64,000 bases of DNA from Eledone cirrhosa (Eukaryota): the NCBI GenBank assembly GCA_964016885.1, contig OZ024750.1, positions 2,356,001 to 2,420,000 on the forward strand. Reading direction: 5' to 3'. Of this stretch, positions 30,090-43,150 are shown in pieces. Numbering within the stretch: position 1 is the stretch's first letter; every line of letters starts with the position of its first letter. Both the position numbers and the translations under genes were made by a program. The notes below the pieces were generated by a model that did no database searches, was not told the origin of the DNA, and saw nothing but the letters and a program-made list of their open reading frames with translations.

Positions 30090-30445
30090 GGGAGAGAGAG
30101 GAGGGAAAGAGAGAGAAAGAGAAATTATTTTCACATATTCTTAAATGAGGAGTTTGAGGGAGTTCTGGTTATGTCAAATGTAATCTTTGTTTTTAGAAAT
30201 CATTATTTTAAAATATTCTTCTTCTTCTAATGCTGTTTCTAATGGCTAGAATATATGCAGCTAAACACACCTCATAGATTTCTCTGCTAACTGAAGCAGT
30301 TTTGCCAATCCATTGTTAAATTAATAGTTGATCATCTGTGAAGCCATTGGTGTTCATGACACCGAGGTCATCTAAATAAACTTATGATCATCATTTGAGC
30401 TACTGCTTATTATGAGAGAAACAAGAATTTTATCGAGGGTTACTC

Positions 30446-30757
30446 CTCTAGATCTGACCTGTTCTGCTAGACTATCCTATGACAGCCATATCAGAGACTC
30501 TAGATCTGACCTGTTCTGTTAGACTATCTTATGACAGCCATTTCAGAGACTCTAGATCTGGCCTGTTCTGTTAGACTATCTTATGACAGCCATTTCAGAG
30601 ACTCTAGATCTGGCCTGTTCTGCTAGACTATCTTATGACAGCCATATCAGATACTCTAGATCTGACCTGTTCTGCTAGACTATCCTATGACAGCCATATC
30701 AGAGACTCTAGATCTGACCTGTTCTGCTAGACTATCCTATGACAGCCATATCAGAGC
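30446..30757. repeat. 52-bp minisatellite, 6 copies
   Basis: Unit CTCTAGATCTGACCTGTTCTGCTAGACTATCCTATGACAGCCATATCAGAGA. Confidence 0.96.
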
Positions 30758-30886
30758 CACCCTGTGTAGGGTGTGGCTTTTCACCATGCAAGATGGTCAA
30801 ATAAAAATAACATACAAAAATAAATATGTAGCCTTGATACATGAAAAAAAAGAACATTTTGAGTAGGTGTTGTTGAGAATACTTAC

Positions 30887-31038
30887 TTTAGGTGAAGAGA
30901 TCTTTACGTAGACAACTATAGGAGCAAGGGAGGTTTTGGCCAGCTGTGAGGGATGGTTTATGGTGTCACAATCAAGTACCACCATTTGCAACCCTCTAGC
31001 TAACTGAAATATTCTTTCTATTTCTTCTTGGACTTCCA
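30887..31038 (-). CDS. CACNB: Cav-beta exon (152 nt, GK)
   Basis: TTCCAG/GTAAGT; (V)[50 protein letters not shown]; phase 1-0. Confidence 0.97.
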
Positions 31039-31102
31039 CTGGAAGAAAAGAAAATTGGATTTATAAGTACCTTTAGGTTTCTAATATAAGTCATACTTAC
31101 TG

Positions 31103-32634
31103 ATATATACCAGTAATTTCTACTGTGTATTTCAATATATACCAGTAATTTCTACTGTGTATTTCAATATATACCAGTAATTTCTACTGTGTATTTCAAT
31201 ATATACCAATAATTTCTACTGTGTATTTCAATATATACCAATAATTTCTACCATGTATTTCAATATATACCAGTAATTTCTACTGTGTATTTCAATATAT
31301 ACCAATAATTTCTACCATGTATTTCAATATATACCAGTAATTTCTACTGTGTATTTCAATATATACCAATAATTTCTACCATGTATTTCAATATATACCA
31401 GTAATTTCTACTGTGTATTTCAATATATAACAATAATTTCTACTGTGTATTTCAATATATACCAATAATTTCTACCATGTATTTCAATATATACCAGTAA
31501 TTTCTACTGTGTATTTCAATATATACCAATAATTTCTACTGTGTATTTCAATATATACCAATAATTTCTACCATGTATTTCAATATATACCAGTAATTTC
31601 TACTGTGTATTTCAATATATACCAATAATTTCTACCATGTATTTCAATATATACCAGTAATTTCTACTGTGTATTTCAATATATAACAATAATTTCTACT
31701 GTGTATTTCAATATATACCAATAATTTCTACCATGTATTTCAATATATACCAATAATTTCTACTGTGTATTTCAATATATACCAATAATTTCTACCATGT
31801 ATTTCAATATATACCAGTAATTTCTACTGTGTATTTCAATATATACCAATAATTTCTACCATGTATTTCAATATATACCAGTAATTTCTACTGTGTATTT
31901 CAATATATAACAATAATTTCTACTGTGTATTTCAATATATACCAATAATTTCTACCATGTATTTCAATATATACCAATAATTTCTACTGTGTATTTCAAT
32001 ATATACCAATAATTTCTACCATGTATTTCAATATATACCAGTAATTTCTACTGTGTATTTCAATATATACCAATAATTTCTACCATGTATTTCAATATAT
32101 ACCAGTAATTTCTACTGTGTATTTCAATATATAACAATAATTTCTACTGTGTATTTCAATATATACCAATAATTTCTACCATGTATTTCAATATATACCA
32201 ATAATTTCTACTGTGTATTTCAATATATACCAATAATTTCTACCATGTATTTCAATATATACCAATAATTTCTACCATGTATTTCAATATATACCAATAA
32301 TTTCTACCATGTATTTCAATATATACCAATAATTTCTACTGTGTATTTCAATATATACCAATAATTTCTACCATGTATTTCAATATATACCAATAATTTC
32401 TACTGTGTATTTCAATATATACCAATAATTTCTACTGTGTATTTCAATATATACCAATAATTTCTACTGTGTATTTCAATATATACCAATAATTTCTACT
32501 GTGTATTTCAATATATACCAATAATTTCTACTGTGTATTTCAATATATACCAATAATTTCTACTGTGTATTTCAATATATACCAATAATTTCTACTGTGT
32601 ATTTCAATATATACCAATAATTTCTACTGTGTAT
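31103..32634. repeat. 32-bp minisatellite, about 48 copies
   Basis: Unit ATATATACCA(G/A)TAATTTCTAC(TG/CA)TGTATTTCA. Confidence 0.97.
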
Positions 32635-32779
32635 TATCTAACTGAATTCAATTCATTCATGTTGTATACAAATGCAATGAAAATTACAGCAAGTTAAGTA
32701 AGATTGATGCATATCAAATGACAATTTGGAATATTGAACACATAATAGATTACAGTAATAATACAATGATTACAATTGT

Positions 32780-33350
32780 AGTATTAATTCACTAAAGTAC
32801 AATCAAATGTCCATACACACATAATTTTCTATCAATTGGAGATAGCAACCAGCAAGTGTGAAAACTTATCTGATCATATCAATCTAACTCTAGCTCCTAC
32901 CTACTCCATGCAATAGTCTATACCATTTCCAAACACCAAAACATCTCTGATCTTGTCAATTACTCTCTTTTATCCCCCACACCACCACCATTATTAACAT
33001 CTTAAAGATGATACAACTATTTCTTTTATAGCTGTCAGACTCTTTCTTATGTTAGTGACCACTGCTACTGTTTCCTTAAAACCAAGTCAAACTGAAAGTT
33101 TCTACATCACATATTAGTGGTCTCTCCATTTGAGAATTTCAGAAAAAAACAATGGCATTGTCTTAGCCATCAGCAAAGCCTTTGACTGTATTTTGTATGA
33201 GAAATTCCTTGGAAAGCCTTTGAGATTATTTTGTATGAGAAATTCCTTGCAAAGCCTCCTGCTTTTTGGCTTCATCTATTTCTCATCTCTTTGATCAAAT
33301 ATTTCCTATGAGACCCTCCCCAACATTTTTCCTAACCCCTACTCTATCAA
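32780..33350 (+). mobile_element. Highly degenerate LINE RT fragment (CR1/Jockey-like)
   Basis: ATTGTCTTAGCCATCAGCAAAGCCTTTGAC translates IVLAISKAFD, resembling LDISKAFD; otherwise decayed. Confidence 0.4.
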
Positions 33351-34877
33351 TTCTACGAAGGTCAACCGAAAATTTCATATGATGACTATGAAGGTTTGAT
33401 GCTAGAGCTGTGAAATATAATGTTGAAATAAATTGGTTAAAACATATTGTTTTGTTTATTTCTCATCCTTTGCCCTTTATATATATATCTTAATGGTCTG
33501 TTAAAACTATATCTCAAAGACTAAATTTCCTTTTTAGGATGAGAAGATACTTTAGCTCTGATCAGTTTTTGACCCTTTAAAAAGTTCAAATGTGATCCAC
33601 ATATCCTGTCTTGAATTCTGCTGCTGCTGCTGCTACTACTGCAATGATGTAGTGGTAGTACAACTATAATGTAAATTAAATGAGAAGTCATTGATCTAAT
33701 TTCTACAAAATGCTACAAGCATTAAACAGTGAATATGTGCACTAAAGGACCCTCACACACACACACACACACATATTTGCACACGGTTAAAATGTAGAGT
33801 GTAATATGTTGAAACATGGTTGTTGCTGAGTAGTGAAAGAGATTTAATAGAATGTAGGATGTTGTTGATAATTATCACCAACAAGTGACTAACAATTGGA
33901 TGACTTAGAAATGTTAGTTTTTGTCATAGTCACATGTTTCAAACATTGTCTTATGTATGTCATTGGTTTTCAGTTGTCACATCTGTTGCAAACAATTCTA
34001 TTTCATATGTGTCATGATGATATGTACTTTCAATGGCCATAACTGTCAATTGTTCAGAACTGACTACAGGATACTATTCTTGATTTTTCATGATTTTTGT
34101 CTAAATTTTTGGCATAAATTTATATATTTTCCAACTATTTTAGTGTCATGTACATGTATGAAAAATGATCAAGTTTTTCATATATTGTATAAAATAAGTA
34201 TCTTTACATTGAAAGAAGGAAAATGCATGTCCATTATATACTCGAATATAAACCAATATGAATATAAGCCAATCATACTATTCTATGTTTGAGAAATGGG
34301 CAAAATCCAAACCTCATTTATATAGAATTTGAAATTGATAAAAATCATCAAAATATTAACCCCTAATATAAGCCGACTCCCTTCTGCCATCAATTTTTGG
34401 GTCACATATTCCTTGGTTTATATTCTGAGTTCAAATCCAGCAGAGGTTAGCATTGCCTTTCATCCTTACGGGGTTGATAAAATAAAGTACCAGTAACACA
34501 CTGGGGTCGATTTAATCGACTTTCCCCTTCCTTTCAAATTGCTGGCCTTGAGCCAAATGTAGAAACAATTATTATATTTCTAATGAAATACACTTTATTT
34601 CAATTAATTAATGAAGAGTTTTGAGGAACTGACTAAAAATATTAATTTGTTCATTAGTAAGATAATAACTTGACATATGGTTCTTATATCAATTTATGCT
34701 GGAAGATTTTTATTTAAATTGGAAACCTTTAAAACGGATAGTTTTATTTCATAGAACCAGAGCTGGTTTTGGCCAGGCTGGTATTAAAAGAAGGGATAAT
34801 TGCTAGAATATGATAGTGATGAATATAGTTTATAATGTTAGATACAATCAATGAAAGTTTAAGAAACAAAAACTTAC

Positions 34878-34990
34878 CAAATCCAGACATCTTACTGTTA
34901 GACCTTTCTATTAGAGCTCTTTTGGTGGGGTTGTTCAGTAATGAACGCTTGGCCAATGATATATCTGCTGTTACTCTGGTAATGATAATT
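34878..34990 (-). CDS. CACNB: Cav-beta exon (113 nt, GK)
   Basis: TTACAG/GTAAGT; [37 protein letters not shown]; phase 2-1. Confidence 0.96.
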
Positions 34991-35124
34991 CTGTAAAAAT
35001 AGATGGATAATTGAACAATGAAATCAATAAATCTTTCTGTAAAATATGTTAACTAAAATATTTCTATCACTGTTATTGTTGTCATCTGTTATCATCACCA
35101 CCACTATTACATTCATCATTCCCT

Positions 35125-37557
35125 TTGTCACTTCTATTACCACCAGTATTGTCTCTCACATCTGTGTCACCTCTATTACCACCAGTATTGTCTCTCACAT
35201 GTGTCACTTCTATTACCACCAGTATTGTTTCTCACATCTGTGTCACCTCTATTACCACCAGTATTGTCTCTCACATGTGTCACTTCTATTACCACCAGTA
35301 TTGTTTCTCACATCTGTGTCACCTCTATTACCACCAGTATTGTCTCTCACATGTGTCACTTCTATTACCACCAGTATTGTCTCTCACATCTGTGTCACCT
35401 CTATTACCATCAGTATTTCCCTCACATCTGTGTCACCTCTATTACCACCAGTATTGTCTCTCACATCTGTGTCACCTCTATTACCACCAGTATTGTCCCT
35501 CACATCTGTGTCACCTCTATTACCACCAGTATTGTCTCTCACATCTGTGTCACCTCTATTACCACCAGTATTGTCTCTCACATCTGTGTCACCTCTATTA
35601 CCACCAGTATTGTCTCTCACATGTGTCACTTCTATTACCACCAGTATTGTCTCTCACATCTGTGTCACCTCTATTACCATCAGTATTTCCCTCACATCTG
35701 TGTCACCTCTATTACCACCAGTATTGTCTCTCACATCTGTGTCACCTCTATTACCACCAGTATTGTCCCTCACATCTGTGTCACCTCTATTACCACCAGT
35801 ATTGTCTCTCACATCTGTGTCACCTCTATTACCACCAGTATTGTCTCTCACATCTGTGTCACCTCTATTACCACCAGTATTGTCTCTCACATCTGTGTCA
35901 CCTCTATTACCATCAGTATAGTCTCTCACACCTGTGTCACCTCTATTACCAGCAGTATTGTCTCTCACATCTGTGTCACCTCTATTACCATCAGTATAGT
36001 CTCTCACACCTGTGTCACCTCTATTACCAGCAGTATTGTCTCTCACATCTGTGTCACCTCTATTACCATCAGTATAGTCTCTCACACCTGTGTCACCACT
36101 ATTACCACCAGTATTGTCTCTCACATCTGTGTCACCTCTATTACGATCAGTATTGTCTCTCACATCTGTGTCACTTCTATTACCACCAGTATTGTCTCTC
36201 ACATCTGTGTCACCTCTATTACCACCAGTATTGTCTCTCACATCTGTGTCACCTCTATTACCACCAGTATTGTCTCTCACATCTGTGTCACTTCTATTAC
36301 CACCAGTATTGTCTCTCACATCTGTGTCACCTCTATTACCACCAGTATTGTCTCTCACATCTGTGTCACCTCTATTACGATCAGTATTGTCTCTCACATC
36401 TGTGTCACCTCTATTACCATCAGTATAGTCTCTCACATCTGTGTCACCTCTATTACCATCAGTATAGTCTCTCACACCTGTGTCACCTCTATTACCAGCA
36501 GTATTGTCTCTCACATCTGTGTCACCTCTATTACCATCAGTATAGTCTCTCACACCTGTGTCACCACTATTACCACCAGTATTGTCTCTCACATCTGTGT
36601 CACCTCTATTACGATCAGTATTGTCTCTCACATCTGTGTCACTTCTATTACCACCAGTATTGTCTCTCACATCTGTGTCACCTCTATTACGATCAGTATT
36701 GTCTCTCAGATCTGTGTCACCTCTATTACCATCAGTATAGTCTCTCACACCTGTGTCACCTCTATTACCAGCAGTATTGTCTCTCACATCTGTGTCACCT
36801 CTATTACCATCAGTATAGTCTCTCACACCTGTGTCACCACTATTACCACCAGTATTGTCTCTCACATCTGTGTCACCTCTATTACGATCAGTATTGTCTC
36901 TCACATCTGTGTCACTTCTATTACCACCAGTATTGTCTCTCACATCTGTGTCACCTCTATTACGATCAGTATTGTCTCTCACATCTGTGTCACCTCTATT
37001 ACCATCAGTATAGTCTCTCACATCTGTGTCACCTCTATTACCACCAGTATTGTCTCTCACATCTGTGTCACCTCTATTACGATCAGTATTGTCTCTCACA
37101 TCTGTGTCACCTCTATTACGATCAGTATTGTCTCTTACATCTGTGTCACTTCTATTACCACCAGTATTGTCTCTCACATCTGTGTCACCTCTATTACCAC
37201 CAGTATTGTCTCTCACATCTGTGTCACTTCTATTACGATCAGTATTGTCTCTCACATCTGTGTCACTTCTATTACCACCAGTATTATCTCTCACATCTGT
37301 GTCACCTCTATTACCACCAGTATTGTCCCTCACATCTGTGTCACCTCTATTACCACCAGTATTGTCTCTCACATCTGTGTCACCTCTATTACCACCAGTA
37401 TTGTTTCTCACATCTGTGTCACTTCTATTACGATCAGTATTGTCTCTCACATCTGTGTCACCTCTATTACCACCAGTATTGTCTCTCACATCTGTGTCAC
37501 CTCTATTACCACCAGTATTGTCTCTCACATCTGTGTCACTTCTATTACCATCAGTAT
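35125..37557. repeat. 39-bp minisatellite, about 62 copies
   Basis: Unit TGTGTCACCTCTATTACCACCAGTATTGTCTCTCACATC, with a few 37/38-bp variants at the left end. Confidence 0.97.
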
Positions 37558-37922
37558 TTTACATTTGTAAAATATGTTAACATGAGTTTCACAATTCTAC
37601 ATTACAACATATTTTAATACCTAACAATCTTGAATTATCTAAATTGTGAGATTCAATATGCTCAGATCCAAATAAACACATTCAAGTCATCATTCCATCA
37701 TTAATTGACACCACAATATATGAGGCTTGGCTGAAAAGTTCATAGGCTGACTATGAAGGAATGATGCTAGAGAAGTGAAATCTTGGATGCATTAATTTCA
37801 ACTCCTCTTATCAATAACTAAAACATTTTCACAGTTGAGTTTTTCTGTAAAAGTTAGAAGTTCAAGCTTACAACACAACTGAAAAGTAGGTAAGAATTAA
37901 TAAAAAATATAATTATGATATA

Positions 37923-38539
37923 CTAGCAGTGGTACCCGGCGTTGCACGGGATAAGGTATTTTGGAACGCGGGCTGCCAACAGACCTAATCGTCGAAAAAT
38001 TGCATGCCTGGACAATATGTAAAGAAAATAAACCGAATACTCTGATGGCTGGATAATCTTTAAGATTTTCCTCGATGAAGCAGGAAAAATGCAGGTTTTC
38101 GCCTATTGCGGGCCCTAGGGGATCAAGAAAATGAATTTTTTTTATGTGCATAATAACGCCTCAAAAAAGCCCTAAAAAGCTGAAAAAAATGAAGTTTTTC
38201 ACCTAATGCGAGCCCTAGGCCATAAGAAAGTTGGATTTTCTTTGCTCACGGTATGAAGAGGAGACCGACTAATGCATAGTTACAATTTAAAGGAAATCGG
38301 TCTGATGTAACGCCTCAAAAACCCCCTAAAAAGCTGAAAAAAAACGCAGTTTTTCACCTAATGCAGGCCCTAGGAGATCCAAAAGTTGAATTTCTTTATG
38401 TGCATAACACTCCCTGAAACATAGGTAATACACATGTAAAGTTTGAAAGAAATCGGTTGGGTACTTCTCGAGTTTTAGGGATTCAAACTCACACATACAC
38501 ACACACACAGACAGACATCCTCAGTTTTATATATATAGA
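37923..38539 (-). mobile_element. Non-autonomous Helitron
   Basis: Minus strand starts A|TCTATATATATAAAA, has a (TG)n/TGTC tract, a subterminal GC hairpin (CCCGTGCAACGCCGGG) and ends CTAG|T. Internal direct repeats near 38155 and 38310; CpG-rich relative to the flanks. Confidence 0.8.
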
Positions 38540-38553
38540 TGTTGTTTATTTAC

Positions 38554-38693
38554 CTTCCTTCAAACTTGTGCTTAAGAAAATCAAATAGGGCTTTCTGCAT
38601 CATATCCGTCACTTCATACCCTTTCAAAGAAGGTCCTATCAATACTACAGGTCGCATGGAAGGCACTACCTCATAGGGAGGAATATTCTCAGA
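38554..38693 (-). CDS. CACNB: Cav-beta exon (140 nt, last SH3 strand and GK start/BID)
   Basis: TTTCAG/GTAAAT; [46 protein letters not shown](R), the hallmark Cav-beta motif. Confidence 0.97.
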
Positions 38694-39461
38694 CTGAAAG
38701 AGAAAATATATATATATATATATATATACACACAGTTCAATATTTCCAAATTATTATTATTGATGTAATATATAATAAAGTATCTGAGTTCTTTAATCCT
38801 AGATATAATGGGGATTAAATATAAGAAAACATCATGAATATTCATCTTGCTGCATTTGAAATATGTCTATTAAGATCTTATCTGAAAAACTGGAAATTTT
38901 ATAAGTAGTCTATAAATATTTATGGAACTTTCAAACAGTTTGCTTCAGCTAAATATTTCATCAGTGAAATACACCCAACTCTTTTGTGACAATGTGATGA
39001 TTATAGCTAGAAAACTGAACAATAACATCTAGAACAACTCATTACACATTGTTTGATAATATAAAAATAACTCAGTGAAAGAGAAATAGTTTAAACTTTA
39101 TAATTAAGGAGTTATTTGTCAATTTAAAATTCTGAGTTTGAATTGTGTCATGGCCAATAAAATGAGTTACCATGATTAAAATATATTTTCTTTCATTTTG
39201 AATTTAATATTTACATATAGATGAAGCTAGTGAATATTTGGTATTATTAGAACAGGTTTACTGAGAACTAGTTAGTTACCAACTATTTCTAAAACATCAG
39301 TAAGAGTAAAATAAATAATGAATGGAGGAGAAAAAAAATGCATTTTTTTCTGTAAAACCTCAATTTTATATTTACATGCAGAAGATACTCAATGTCATCA
39401 TCTAATGGGGGAAAAGAAAATACTAATTATAGAATAAAATAAATTTTAAGTAAATCCTTAC

Positions 39462-39592
39462 CTTTTTGAAAAAAGGTTTTCTTTTTTCTTTGGTTGGTGG
39501 GGTAATGTTTGGTTTACTTGTTCTCACGTTACTTAGGCTGTCACTATCCTCTCCAACATTACTGTCTACACCATTATGTTCACCATCAATAC
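39462..39592 (-). CDS. CACNB: Cav-beta long HOOK exon (131 nt, exon-7-like, polybasic end)
   Basis: TTTTAG/GTAAGG; (G)IDGEHNGVDSNVGEDSDSLSNVRTSKPNITPPTKEKRKPFFKK; KEKRxPFFKK is as in the vertebrate beta2 long exon 7; phase 1-0. Confidence 0.93.
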
Positions 39593-40759
39593 CTAAAAAC
39601 ATACATTCTGCTAACGTTGAATTAAGAATAACAATAAGAAATAAACAACTAAATAAATAATGAAGTAGTCTTGTTAATAATAATTAGAATGATCTTGTGT
39701 TGGTTTTAGAATTAAATTATTGGCTGTTGCAGAGAGAAACTCCAAAATGGAGAGACTTTTCTGTAACATCAATGAGAATATGAACAAATGTTAGGAAGAT
39801 GTATGGAATAATTCATGAAAAGACAATAATCACACAATGAAGAGTAACCAATGAAACAAGTGAAAATAGAGAAAACATTTGAGTTAATTCAAGTAATCAA
39901 AAATGATTTTGAAAAACCCAATTCTGCAAACAATTCTTTTTTTATAAAGAAATCAAAAGTAAAATATAACTTTATTAGAAATTTAGTTGGATTGATACAG
40001 AAAATATTGAATGTTAGACCTCTTGTTATTGACAAGAATAAAGAGGTAAAAAAAAATGATAACTGAAATGAATAAGAGAGGTAGTATAATATATTAAGTT
40101 TTCTCAGTGCAAGACATAGAACAGACAATATGTCTTTTCTACTGTTATTTTTCTCTAAGAAGAATGACACTGACATTAAAAATACCCCAAAAGAAAAGAA
40201 ACCAACATATGTGATATGTTGTATTAAGATGGATCCTTAATTATTATTCCCTTTTATAAATGACATATTTAAACATTAATCCCAATTGTATTTAGCTCAG
40301 GCAAAAAAAAAATGTTGGTTTAGGTCCAAGTTTGTTAATTCATTTATTGATAGATAGAATATATAAAATATAAAAGTATATTAAAATAAATCACATAGAA
40401 CCTTACTTTATAGGTGGGTAAAATAGTAAATATAAAAATATATTTTTATCTGATTGGAAGTAAGTTTTAAGCCTGTATATGACTAAAGATGTAAATGAAG
40501 TTGCTTAAAAACATTGAGAGAGTATAGACCAGAGTGAATACATTTGCAGCAATCTGCTAACAATACTACTGGGAACTAGTGAACAACAAAGCCATCACTA
40601 CCAACCAAAAACGTTTCTTTATTTTGGTATATATTATATACATATCCTTACTACATGTGTCATATGATGCAAGATAAAACACTATTCAGAATGTAGTCCA
40701 GATCTTGAATATGCTAAAGTTTGGCTTTATCGCTATTTGTATGATTATATTATTATTAA

Positions 40760-41290
40760 GGTAAGTTGACAGGGCCAGTAAAAGGGTAAAAAAACCCTCT
40801 TTGGTCACAAATAACAATGGGATTTGAGCCTAAAAAGCTGTATATCACCTGTGTGTGAAGTGCTATGCTGCATGGCTGAAATATAGGAATGACTGCAGTG
40901 GATATGCGCAGCTTAGAGAGAAATGAAGCAAGCATGCTTCGACAAATATGCAACGTTAATGTAAGAGAATGAGAGCTTGGATGATCTGAGAGAAAAATTG
41001 AGTATAGGAGGAACGAGAAGTGGTGTGCAAGAGAGAAGACTGCAATGGTATGGACATGTGATGCACATGGATGATGATCACTGGTTGAAGATGTGCCAAT
41101 AAATCCCAATGAAAGGAAGCCACAGTCGAGAAAGGCCAAGGAAGACCTGGGCAGAGATGGTGAGAGATGATCTCAAATCACTGCAACTCACAGTGGAGAT
41201 GACAAAGGATCACATGTGGAGAGATGTGCTGAAAAGGACCTGTCCAAACCATGCAAGCATGGAAAAACAGACGTAAAAGCAATGACAATA
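40760..41290 (+). mobile_element. RTE-clade LINE 3' fragment
   Basis: Remnants of SAMLHG, LERNEASMLR, VQERRLQWYGHVMHMDDD and RPRKTWAEMVRDDL; 3' tail CCATGCAAGCATGGAAAAACAGACGTAAA. Confidence 0.8.
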
Positions 41291-42430
41291 ATAGTTAATT
41301 TAACTCCATATTAAAATCTGAGATCAAAGAAAGCTATATAATTTCAATACATATCTGATGTTTACTTGATAATTAGTATCAATAAATGATCAATTTATTA
41401 TTTTTTTAGCAGTGACACAATTTTTCAGTTTTTAATCATCTATTTTAATGTTAATATGGATGAGACAGTCTTTTTAATCTATACTACATCTAAGGCCTGT
41501 GTAATACAAAAATAAAATGAGCAAGCTGTTTTTATTCAATATGTAATTCAATATGTTTGATTATGACAAACTTTCCATTTGAATGGTCTTTCTACTATTG
41601 TTAGCTACCACAATGTCGAATAGAACTGAACTTTTACTTCAGAATCGTCATTCTCTTGGTTATTTTCTTGAGAAGTTGCATTAAATGCCATCTACTGGAA
41701 TGAAGAATGGTTTATATTTTGACTGATCAAACATTCTTCACAATTATTTAATGTGAAAATGTTTAAATAATTTTAAGTATATTACATACATTCATTTAAA
41801 TTTTAAATAATACCATATTAAATGGAAGCCAAGGACACATCATTTGTAGAGTTTTGATATATTGCTATCTTATTTAAAATACTATAAATACATCATCATC
41901 ATTTTACATCTGTTTTTCAATGCTGGCATGAGTTGGATGCACTGTCAGCACTAAATTAGAGCTACTGTCCTAGATGAGTTGGGGGACCAGATCTTGCTCA
42001 ATATATTGCAGTTTATGGTGGAACCAGTATTAGAGGAGTTGTCATGTCCTTCACATAGCTGAATACCCTTTTTCATCGTTTTGTCAGGGTTTCTACTAAA
42101 TATTTATTACAAACTAACAATGAATATTAGAATATAAACCTAGCAGTTCAATACAAAATAGATCAATAAAATAAATACCAGACAGAAAAAATAATTGGGT
42201 TGTTATTCCTTAATTTATTTGCACATCTTGTCTAATATATCTCCCACCAACATCCCTTGTACTGAACTGTACTGTATTAGAATTTTTAATCAACATATCA
42301 CAACATTTCTTTAAACTACACTTTAAGAGAAGTAATTAATATATTGAATGTATATTACATATTTATTCTTAATATTTTACAACATCCATAATTACTTCAT
42401 TAACTATTACATTTTATGCAATGGAGCCAG

Positions 42431-42657
42431 TTAACCCTTTCAATACCAACCTGCCCCAAACTGCCTCTGATTTTATGAAACAAAGCCACCCATTTAAAAG
42501 AAATCTTATTAAAATCTTCCAGCATAATTTCATATAAGAACCATTGTATGATACAAATATCTTAGTAATAAAATAATGAATCATTTTAGTAAATCTCTCC
42601 AAAATGTTCATTAATTCAAAGAATATATCATTAAAAATACGGTAATGAAAGGGTTCA
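42431..42657. mobile_element. Second piggyBac-like MITE family
   Basis: TTAA|CCCTTTCAATACC ... GGTAATGAAAGGG|TTCA terminal inverted repeats. Confidence 0.65.
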
Positions 42658-42784
42658 ACATAACTTGATTTTAGTTGAGTAACAAATAATAATTGTGATA
42701 TTATATCCAGATATCTTGGAGAGTTGCATTAATAAGGGTTTTTTGAAGGAACAAAAGATTTAAGGTATCTAATAAAGTGAATTC

Positions 42785-43150
42785 TACGAGGGTTGGTTGA
42801 AAAGTTCATCGGCTGACTATGAAGGAGTGATGCTAGAGCTGTGAAATCTTGCACGCATTAATTTCAACTCTTATTAATACCTAATTGTTTCTTTCCAGGG
42901 ACTATGTTGAAAAATAAACCTCATTTGGTCATTCCATGAGAGTATCTTGGTCAGCCTATGAACTTTTCAGCTGACCCTTATATATTATAGCAATGCTAGA
43001 GCTGTGAAATCTTGCATGCATTAATTTCAATTCTTTTTATTAATAACTGCATTATGTCTTTCCAGGGACTATATTGAAAAATAAACCTCATTTGGTCATT
43101 CCATGAGAGTATCTTGGTCACCCTATCAATGTTTCAGCTGGCCCTCATAT
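42785..43150. mobile_element. Mariner-like MITE (about 200 bp) plus partial tandem duplicate
   Basis: TA|CGAGGGTTGGTTGAAAAGTTCAT ... ATGAACTTTTCAGCTGACCCTTA|TA; 42991-43150 repeats the internal and right part. Other copies at 29456-29656, 33354-33420 and 37719-37820. Confidence 0.8.

Noticed and set aside
30446-37557. CRISPR-like arrays (32, 39 and 52 bp periodicity)
   Set aside because: Head-to-tail repeats without unique spacers, no cas genes, eukaryotic intron context.
39466-39660. Plus-strand signal-peptide-like ORF
   Set aside because: Antisense shadow of the Cav-beta HOOK exon; 62206-62403 is likewise a shadow of the 62183-62299 exon.
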